From positions 73,051-105,050 of the forward strand of contig NZ_SNUY01000002.1 in NCBI RefSeq assembly GCF_004376175.1: 32,000 nucleotides of DNA, written 5' to 3'. Source of the DNA: Halalkalibacterium halodurans (GTDB taxonomy: Bacteria; Bacillota; Bacilli; Bacillales; Bacillaceae_D). This document shows positions 18,638-24,885 of the stretch, piece by piece. The notes under the pieces are model-generated. The model was not told where the DNA came from and ran no database searches. It saw nothing but the letters and a program-made list of their open reading frames with translations. A program made the translations under genes and the position numbers. Positions within the stretch are counted from its first letter, which is position 1; every line of letters starts with the position of its first letter.

Positions 18638-18666
18638 GAAGGGGCGGGATTCCGCTCCTTCTTTGC
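18638..18666 (+). terminator. Rho-independent terminator after the SASP gene
   Basis: A 10-bp stem, gaaggggcgg / ccgctccttc (one G-U pair), with loop gatt, followed by tttgcacttt. Confidence 0.7.
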
Positions 18667-18756
18667 ACTTTAAATAGGTTAACTTCTAATAAAAGGTTCA
18701 ATTTCGCTAATAAGACTTGGCCTAAGTCAAGTTTTTCTAATAGTAGGAGGAGCAAA

Positions 18757-19002
18757 ATGGCTTATTGTCCTGTATGTAATGGGATGACGACGATCGAAAT
18801 TACGTGTGATACTTGTGGAAAACGATTAGATGATGCAGGAAAGTATCAAGATTTTTTTGATGATTATAGCCCGTATGAGGAAATTGAGATGATGAAGCTA
18901 GAGGACGGAATCAAGGAGAATGCTCGCGACCATCGATGCGCCCATGTTCTTGTCTGTCCCCGTTGTCAAATTACCTCTGTTTATCTTATCGATGAACAGT
19001 AA
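18757..19002 (+). CDS. Small Cys-rich hypothetical protein (putative zinc-ribbon)
   Basis: This 81-aa ORF has a strong RBS, taggaggag. Cys pairs are CPVC-x9-CDTC at the N-terminus and C-x5-CPRC near the C-terminus, around an acidic middle. A hairpin follows. I recognise no family. Confidence 0.65.
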   Translation: MAYCPVCNGMTTIEITCDTCGKRLDDAGKYQDFFDDYSPYEEIEMMKLEDGIKENARDHRCAHVLVCPRCQITSVYLIDEQ

Positions 19003-19038
19003 AACAGCCACCTTGATATGAGGGCAAGATGGCTGTTT
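19002..19038. terminator. Hairpin between the convergent Cys-rich ORF and msmX (bidirectional terminator)
   Basis: aaacagcca-c-cttg (19002-19015) pairs with caag-a-tggctgttt (19025-19038) with one mismatch. T-rich sequence follows on the plus strand and aaaa precedes it. Confidence 0.6.
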
Positions 19039-19045
19039 GGTTTAC

Positions 19046-20143
19046 TTATTTTATTCGCAATTCTGATTCTGGATCGAAGAAATGGCATTTGTTCATATCG
19101 AGAGCGAGTTCTACTTTATCACCGCTTTGAATGTCAGAGCGGGAGTCCACACGGGCGATAATTTCTTGATCGCTCAATTGAGAATAAAGAACTGTTTCTG
19201 CACCTGTTAACTCGGCTACTTCAATATGAGCGGTAATTTTTGAGCCAGGTGATGATTCAATGAATAAAAGCTCATCATGGATATCTTCAGGACGGATACC
19301 GAGAATGAGTTCCTTACCTTCATAGCCATGCTCGCGCAATACGGCTAATTTACCTTCTGGAACTTCGATTGAAACATTTCCAATTTTAAGTTGTGAACCT
19401 TCCAAACGACCGTTTAAGAAATTCATAGATGGTGAGCCGATGAAGCCACCGACAAATACGTTCTCAGGGAAGTCATACACTTCTTTTGGCGAACCAACTT
19501 GTTGAATGACACCGTCTTTCATAATCACGATTCGCGTCGCCATCGTCATTGCTTCGGTCTGATCGTGGGTTACGTAAATGGTCGTGGTTTGCAGGCGTTG
19601 GTGAAGCTTTGTAATTTCAGCACGCATTTGCACACGAAGCTTTGCATCAAGGTTTGATAACGGTTCATCCATAAGGAAAACTTGAGGGTCACGAACAATT
19701 GCCCGACCGAGGGCCACACGTTGACGCTGACCACCAGACATCGCTTTAGGTTTACGATCAAGCATCTCCTCTAGACCTAGAATCTTTGCTGCATTTTTAA
19801 CCCGTTTATCAATTTCGTCCTTTTTAAATTTCCGTAGCTTCAAGCCGAATGCCATGTTATCATACACATTCATATGTGGGTAAAGGGCATAGTTTTGGAA
19901 TACCATCGCAATGTCACGATCTTTTGGCGCCACATCGTTCATCCGTTTTCCTCCGATGAGAAGGTCGCCTTTCGAAATATCTTCTAGACCGGCAATCATA
20001 CGTAGGGTTGTGGATTTTCCGCAACCGGATGGACCGACAAACACAATGAACTCTTTGTCCTTAATGTCCAGGTTAAAGTCTGTAACCGCTTGAACGTCTC
20101 CATCATAAATTTTGTACACGTTTTTTAACTGAATTTCCGCCAT
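19046..20143 (-). CDS. msmX: Multitask sugar-ABC-importer ATPase (MalK/MsmX family)
   Basis: Starting at [15 protein letters not shown], it closely resembles B. subtilis MsmX as I recall it across the whole length. Shared segments include [75 protein letters not shown] and a C-terminal TOBE-like domain. The start is moved from 20242 to ATG 20143 (RBS caggagggg). The extension would run through a 13-bp hairpin. Confidence 0.95.
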   Translation of the reverse strand: MAEIQLKNVYKIYDGDVQAVTDFNLDIKDKEFIVFVGPSGCGKSTTLRMIAGLEDISKGDLLIGGKRMNDVAPKDRDIAMVFQNYALYPHMNVYDNMAFGLKLRKFKKDEIDKRVKNAAKILGLEEMLDRKPKAMSGGQRQRVALGRAIVRDPQVFLMDEPLSNLDAKLRVQMRAEITKLHQRLQTTTIYVTHDQTEAMTMATRIVIMKDGVIQQVGSPKEVYDFPENVFVGGFIGSPSMNFLNGRLEGSQLKIGNVSIEVPEGKLAVLREHGYEGKELILGIRPEDIHDELLFIESSPGSKITAHIEVAELTGAETVLYSQLSDQEIIARVDSRSDIQSGDKVELALDMNKCHFFDPESELRIK

Positions 20144-20174
20144 GTCGTCCCCTCCTGAACTGATTTCTGTTTTT

Positions 20175-20189
20175 ATTGTAGCGCTTACA
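20175..20189 (-). promoter_or_regulatory. Candidate msmX -10 element overlapped by a cre-like (CcpA) near-palindrome
   Basis: The minus strand reads TGTAAGCGCTACAAT. TACAAT (20180-20175) is a good -10. TGTAAGCGCTACAA matches the cre consensus TGWAANCGNTNWCA at 12 of 14 positions and is one base short of the perfect palindrome TGTAAGCGCTTACA. I found no convincing -35. Confidence 0.3.
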
Positions 20190-20208
20190 AAAAAATCAGA
20201 AAATGGAC

Positions 20209-20245
20209 AACATGCACAAAGATTCTTTTCTCCTTTGTGCATGTT
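20209..20245 (-). terminator. Strong hairpin downstream of the PucR-like regulator gene (terminator or attenuator before msmX)
   Basis: A perfect 13-bp stem, aacatgcacaaag / ctttgtgcatgtt, with an 11-nt loop. On the minus strand it is followed by gtccattttctgattttttt, so the U tract is not directly adjacent. Confidence 0.55.
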
Positions 20246-20270
20246 TATGAAAGCGTTTTATTTCAAGGGA

Positions 20271-21164
20271 TTACTGTCCACCGTCGTAAAGTAATAGTGC
20301 CAAGTAGACGACAGAGGCCTGAGAGAATTGTCGAATGTCAATCCCTGTTTTTTCAATAAACTTGTCGACCCTGTATTGCAAGCTGTTGCGGTGCAAATGA
20401 AGGGATCGGGCTGCAGATGTGATGTTTAAATTATGTTTGAAGTAACAGGTGATGCTTTGCAATAATTCGTGATCTTGCCTGACGTCCTCTGGAAGAAGAT
20501 GATCGATTAAGTCTCGTTTCGTATTAGTTGTTGCCTCAGAGAAGAGCAGATGGGGGATTGCTTCCACACCATACCAGATCTCTTGTTTCGACTTGCGCTC
20601 GACCGCTGTTTGAAACGCATGCTGTTCAAAGCGAAACAATGCAGGAGTGGCCTCGGTTTGGTGAGGCAAACCGACTAATAAGAATACATTAAAATAAAAA
20701 TCAGATGAAAGGGCTTCGGTAAAGCCTTCAAGTGCTAACGGATCGTCGATCGAATGATTAAATAGTAGGACAATGCCTGTTTTTTCTGATTGCCATAAAA
20801 GAATAAAAGAATCATGCCCTATGCTTGTCCAAGCCTCTTGAAAAGCTTCGTATTGATCAACAGGTTGATCGAGCTGAAAATGGATCAATTGTAGCTGGCC
20901 TTTTGCAGGAGGGGCACCTTGCCCTTTAAAAATCCATGCCGCCCACTGCTCCTCTTCTACCGTTTTTGGCTGTGGTGCTAGGGAATAAGGCTCTAGCAGC
21001 ATGTTCAACAACACTCGTTCCCGTGATGTGATGAGGTTGCGCTTAATCCCGATCACGTCATGGTTTTCCGTACGAAACCAATCAATGTCTTCATGAGATT
21101 TCTCCTCTTGATCGAATGTAACGATGGCATCTTGAAAATGACGTTTCAATTGCTCGAGGTTCAT
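20271..21164 (-). CDS. yxkF: PucR/CdaR-family transcriptional regulator (C-terminal HTH), YxkF-like
   Basis: The C-terminus, ITSAARSLHLHRNSLQYRVDKFIEKTGIDIRQF, is the PucR-type helix-turn-helix. The position directly upstream of msmX matches the B. subtilis yxkF-msmX pair as I recall it. RBS aaggag lies 6 nt upstream. Confidence 0.8.
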   Translation of the reverse strand: MNLEQLKRHFQDAIVTFDQEEKSHEDIDWFRTENHDVIGIKRNLITSRERVLLNMLLEPYSLAPQPKTVEEEQWAAWIFKGQGAPPAKGQLQLIHFQLDQPVDQYEAFQEAWTSIGHDSFILLWQSEKTGIVLLFNHSIDDPLALEGFTEALSSDFYFNVFLLVGLPHQTEATPALFRFEQHAFQTAVERKSKQEIWYGVEAIPHLLFSEATTNTKRDLIDHLLPEDVRQDHELLQSITCYFKHNLNITSAARSLHLHRNSLQYRVDKFIEKTGIDIRQFSQASVVYLALLLYDGGQ

Positions 21165-21287
21165 AACCGACTCCTTACCATTCCATTATGCTCTTTTTAT
21201 TATAGCAGATGTGAAAGGAAGAGCACCGCTTCAGTGAACGAGTCGAAGACTTTTGTTTTCGGAAATGACATTGCTGCTTTTCTACGT

Positions 21288-21326
21288 ATAAAAAACAACC
21301 ATGAGCAAACAATCACGGTTGTTTTC
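21288..21326 (-). terminator. Rho-independent terminator after the 61-aa ORF (end of the ATP-grasp/yheE transcription unit)
   Basis: On the minus strand: aaaacaaccguga / ucaugguuguuuu (13 bp, one G-U pair), an 8-nt loop, then a U run. Confidence 0.65.
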
Positions 21327-21333
21327 AAAAGGG

Positions 21334-21519
21334 TTAGTTTTTTTCTTTCTCGTGGTGGGGTGGTTCCTCTTTTTCTAACGAACGTGCTTCTTCAATGGTA
21401 CCCGCATGTGTGTCATTCACCGTACCACCGCCAAGACCTTCGTTGATCATTCGGTCCACATCCATAAAAAATTCATCGCGTCCCTCAAACTCGGACGATG
21501 GTCGCTTTTCCTTAGCCAT
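21334..21519 (-). CDS. Small highly charged hypothetical protein (61 aa)
   Basis: Strong RBS taggaggg lies 7 nt upstream, and a terminator follows immediately downstream. The sequence is hydrophilic and acidic (MAKEKRPSSEFEGRDEFFMDVDRMINEGLGGG...EKEEPPHHEKEKN). I recognise no family. The antisense 128-aa ORF 21060..21446 is not preferred. Confidence 0.6.
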   Translation of the reverse strand: MAKEKRPSSEFEGRDEFFMDVDRMINEGLGGGTVNDTHAGTIEEARSLEKEEPPHHEKEKN

Positions 21520-21573
21520 GTTGCATCCCTCCTACCTTTAACATGGTACGAGAGGTGAGAAAATATGCACGTC

Positions 21574-21789
21574 CTAGTGCTCTTCGTAGATGTGATAAAG
21601 CATAAGGTCGTGAATTTTTGGTTCAAGAGTCTGTTTTAAGGCATCTGAAGGCGCGGGCGTTCCCCAGTGAATGGCTCCTTCTTTATCATAAATGCCATGG
21701 TAGTACGTCCCTTGTGTAAAAAAAGAAAAAGACCACTCGCGGCGCAGCAAATTATTGCGCAGCTCTTTCCACTGAAAATGAGAAATCAT
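21574..21789 (-). CDS. yheE: YheE-family small protein (function unknown)
   Basis: The N-terminal MISHFQWKEL... and C-terminal IHDLMLYHIYEE resemble B. subtilis YheE as I recall it. The position next to the YheC/D-type genes matches. RBS caggagg lies upstream. Confidence 0.75.
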   Translation of the reverse strand: MISHFQWKELRNNLLRREWSFSFFTQGTYYHGIYDKEGAIHWGTPAPSDALKQTLEPKIHDLMLYHIYEEH

Positions 21790-21854
21790 CGCTAGCCTCC
21801 TGATCGTAAGCGGTTTCTTCTACTATACCATAGCAACCACTTTTCTGTGGACAG

Positions 21855-22322
21855 CTAAGCCTCTTTTTCCGTTGAACCGGTGGCTATTTTTTCACCGCCT
21901 TCAAACCAATACATAGTTTCACAATCCCCGCGATCTTCATACGTATAACAGACGAACCCAGAATCAAGGGCCCAACGAATTTCTCGTTTGGCATCGGCAG
22001 GGAACGCGAAATAGCACGTGTGCAAATCACTGAGCAACGATTTTAGCAAGCTCGGCGCAACGTTTGTACGAATAAAACGAGGTTCAACTTGCAGAGAGGC
22101 ATGCGCTTTTCCTAGCGACTCCACTGCAACAACGGCAATGATTTTTCCTCGCCAGGCAGCGAGGTGAATCGCTGTGTCATTGCTAAGGAATGAGTGTTTC
22201 GTAAGCTTTAGAAACCAAGGATAATAAGCTGTATGGTTTTGCTTATCAATTCGACGAACGAAGCGAAGTAACGGTTTTAAATAAATAATTAAATTATCTG
22301 AGGTCATTTTGATGATATTCAT
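21855..22322 (-). CDS. Hypothetical protein with degenerate GNAT (acyl-CoA N-acyltransferase)-like pattern
   Basis: The ORF is open to 22361. The best start is ATG 22322 (MNIIKMTSDN...), just after aaaggagga. The pattern AAWRGKIIAVVAVE...LQVEPRFIRTNVAPSLLKSLL...REIRWALDSGFV follows GNAT beta4-alpha3 (motif A) and the C-terminal A..GF motif. The R/Q-x-x-G-x-G/A pyrophosphate loop is replaced by RTNVAP. Its 5' end overlaps the last ATP-grasp gene. Confidence 0.6.
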   Translation of the reverse strand: MNIIKMTSDNLIIYLKPLLRFVRRIDKQNHTAYYPWFLKLTKHSFLSNDTAIHLAAWRGKIIAVVAVESLGKAHASLQVEPRFIRTNVAPSLLKSLLSDLHTCYFAFPADAKREIRWALDSGFVCYTYEDRGDCETMYWFEGGEKIATGSTEKEA

Positions 22323-23508
22323 CATATCCTCCTTTGCCGTCATGAAAGCCACTCCATTCAAAAAAGATAGCGGTTAAGGCTTGAATGATGTTTCGTTGGA
22401 TGGACGGTTCATCAAATGTCATTGGTTTTGCGTTTACTTCAAACAGCCAAAGCCCACCGTCCTGATCTTCACCAATGTCCAACGAACATTCCCCGTGAGG
22501 CCCGTACGCACGTTCTAACGCCATCGCCGCTTTTTTTCCAATCCTCTTAACGACTTGCTCATCAGGGGGGGCAGGGAGCTGATCAATGGAAAGAATCGAC
22601 CCTCCTTGAGGAACATGGGTTGTTATGGACCCTGCCTTTCCAAGTCGGACACCGATACCCGTCATATGCCAACGGTGCCTGAGTTTATGCATATGGATGC
22701 GATAGTCGTACGGTTTGTCTTGATACGTACGAAGGCGGATCGCTTGTTGCAAAATGAGTTGGTCCGTATACGGAAGGAGTAAATCCGTGAGCTTAGGGAA
22801 CGTTATGTGTAGTTGCTTTCGATTTGTAGTCATTAAATACTGCTTTTCATCGATCGCTTCAAGTGTGAAGACCCCTTTCCCTTGACTCTTGTTTGTCGGT
22901 TTCAAATAGATCCGCTTGTAGTTTCCTAGCATATCCAATAGGTTGGACGGACCCGAAAAAAGACGTGTGGCGGGAAGGAAAGAGCGGAGAAAAGGATCTC
23001 GGCTTAAGATTTCAAACATGGACCATTTATTAAAAAAATGAGGATTGAAATAAGGAATTTTTCTTGTTCGAATTTGTTTTAATAGGCGGATGGTTTGTCG
23101 TTTATTTTCCTCAGTACGAGATGGGATTTTGTTGTAGATCATGTTTGGATATGGAAAGGTAGCGCGTATCCATTGATCGCTGCCTTCTTTTAAACAATAG
23201 CCTTCAATCTCTGACTCCTTCACATCTTCGGGGGTAAAAACGACCAGGCAGCCTCCACGCTTTGCAACTTCTTTTGCCAGCTTGGAAAACAATGGCTTGT
23301 TGCCAGAAAAGTGATGGCTTTTGTGTGCGCTCGTTAACAGCCCAATGAGCGGACCGATCCTATCTCCATAAGAGGAGAGAGTAATCTGGGGGCCATTGTC
23401 TGATTTGGCCCGGGCAACAGGTTGCTTGTTATGGCCCCATGACATGGTGCGATGGGCATTAAGAGTTCCCCACCGCTTTTCTTCCCCGTTGTATACAAGC
23501 TGAATCAT
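22294..23508 (-). CDS. YheC/YheD-family ATP-grasp protein, short form (paralog 3)
   Basis: ATP-grasp motifs are YLKPTNKSQGKGV, DYRIHMHK, HVPQGG and LWLFEVNAKPM. It is homologous to the two upstream ORFs throughout (for example FPYPNMIYNKIPSR and IPYFNPHFFNKW). The start ATG overlaps the upstream stop (ATGA at 23505-23508). Confidence 0.88.
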   Translation of the reverse strand: MIQLVYNGEEKRWGTLNAHRTMSWGHNKQPVARAKSDNGPQITLSSYGDRIGPLIGLLTSAHKSHHFSGNKPLFSKLAKEVAKRGGCLVVFTPEDVKESEIEGYCLKEGSDQWIRATFPYPNMIYNKIPSRTEENKRQTIRLLKQIRTRKIPYFNPHFFNKWSMFEILSRDPFLRSFLPATRLFSGPSNLLDMLGNYKRIYLKPTNKSQGKGVFTLEAIDEKQYLMTTNRKQLHITFPKLTDLLLPYTDQLILQQAIRLRTYQDKPYDYRIHMHKLRHRWHMTGIGVRLGKAGSITTHVPQGGSILSIDQLPAPPDEQVVKRIGKKAAMALERAYGPHGECSLDIGEDQDGGLWLFEVNAKPMTFDEPSIQRNIIQALTAIFFEWSGFHDGKGGYDEYHQNDLR

Positions 23509-24884
23509 GCTTGGATCACGCGAAGCTGCTCGAGACGGGTGTGCTTAGCTAAAAACGTCCCGTAATGGAAAGGAAGGCGCAACGTTTCCCGCTCTTCCTT
23601 CTGAAGGTTTGGGTGACGGAAGATCGCACGCCCTGGTTTAGAGTTCGCTTCTAATAGCCAGACACGGCCCGATTCATCAAGGCCTAGGTCGAAGCCGATT
23701 TCGCCAATGAACCCGTCGAGTGATTCATCGATCGCTAGAGAAAGCTGAAGAGCTGCTTTTTTTAATCGTTTGACGGACTCATGTTTCTCTGGTAGCCAAT
23801 CGAGAATTTCTTGAACCGTTCGAATTTCACCGCCTGTTTTTAGATGGGTTGTAATACTTCCTTCTCCCGCAATCTTAGCCGCTATAGCAGTAATGATCCA
23901 TGTACCCCGCTTGTTTTTATTCGTATGAATACGAAAGTCAATCGGATGATCGTTGAGGGTGAAAAGTTTAATTCCTTGCTGGGCGATCATCTGTTGTAAC
24001 GATTGAGGAAATTGATTGGCGACACACCTTTTTAGTGATGAATAACGTCGTAGACGATTGCCGCCATTTTCATGAAAACGACAGTAAACATAAGGGTCAT
24101 TGTCAGGACGAATGATTTGATGAATCCCTGCACCAAAGCTTCCTTCGACCGGTTTCAAGTAAACGTGTTTGTAGTCGTCCAGCATTCTTTCCAATTCTTC
24201 CAAAGAGGGGTTCAGCAAGCTTTCTGGAATGTAGACATTGATCTGACGATGGTTCTTTAGTTTCGTATAAAGGTCCCATTTGTTGAAAAAGTCCACGTTA
24301 AACCAAGGAATTTGTTGTTCGTCTTCTAAAAAGTGTCTTACTTCTTGAACGTCTTGGAGTGCGGCGACTTTTCGAGCAGGGATGCGATCATAAACAGCAT
24401 TAGGCCACGGAAATGTTTCCTGCCGCCATTTTCCGTCTGTAAACGTCAATCCTTCAATGGTCTTAGCGCCTTTATTAACGTGATGATTGCCGAATAAAAA
24501 AGCAAAAACGCCTTCTTCCTCTGCTGCCGATAGGAGGTTTGCAAAATAGGAGGAACGAGAGCCAAGCGGATGATAGGTCGACGAATGGAAGCCGGCTGTA
24601 AATATGCCAATGAGTGGAGCAAGGCAGAGCGTGCGCAGTTGCTGTGAGCATGAAACATGCTGCTCATATGGAAGGCGGAGCCGATCCCACAAGTCGGCAG
24701 ATAGTAAAAGCTCTTCCTTATGATCAGGGTGAGGAGCTACTTGAATCGTGCAGGTCTGTTGACCAAACGATACTTCATTCGGGAACCGTTTAGTATCTAC
24801 CCACCTTTTAAATAGCGACGAGGCGGCAAATAATGTCCCTTTTGAGGTCACGTGTTTTTTTAGAGGAAAAAGTAGTTTGCTCAC
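23505..24884 (-). CDS. YheC/YheD-family ATP-grasp protein, long form (paralog 2)
   Basis: ATP-grasp motifs are YLKPVEGSFGAGI, DFRIHTNK, HLKTGG and VWLLEANSKPG. The GTG start lies 1 nt after the upstream TAA, with RBS aaaggag 10 nt upstream. It has a leader of about 90 aa before the conserved PLIGIFTAG segment. Confidence 0.88.
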   Translation of the reverse strand: MSKLLFPLKKHVTSKGTLFAASSLFKRWVDTKRFPNEVSFGQQTCTIQVAPHPDHKEELLLSADLWDRLRLPYEQHVSCSQQLRTLCLAPLIGIFTAGFHSSTYHPLGSRSSYFANLLSAAEEEGVFAFLFGNHHVNKGAKTIEGLTFTDGKWRQETFPWPNAVYDRIPARKVAALQDVQEVRHFLEDEQQIPWFNVDFFNKWDLYTKLKNHRQINVYIPESLLNPSLEELERMLDDYKHVYLKPVEGSFGAGIHQIIRPDNDPYVYCRFHENGGNRLRRYSSLKRCVANQFPQSLQQMIAQQGIKLFTLNDHPIDFRIHTNKNKRGTWIITAIAAKIAGEGSITTHLKTGGEIRTVQEILDWLPEKHESVKRLKKAALQLSLAIDESLDGFIGEIGFDLGLDESGRVWLLEANSKPGRAIFRHPNLQKEERETLRLPFHYGTFLAKHTRLEQLRVIQA

Positions 24885-24885
24885 A

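Noticed and set aside
20144-20242. 33-codon N-terminal extension of msmX in the ORF track ([14 protein letters not shown]...)
   Set aside because: The extension runs through the 13-bp hairpin and the promoter-like region. Homology to MsmX begins exactly at MAEIQLKN (ATG 20143), which has a strong RBS.
21060-21446. 128-aa plus-strand ORF spanning the yxkF-like 5' end, the intergenic region and the 61-aa gene
   Set aside because: It overlaps two better-supported minus-strand genes and a terminator. Its sequence is low-complexity and hydrophobic, and it has no RBS.
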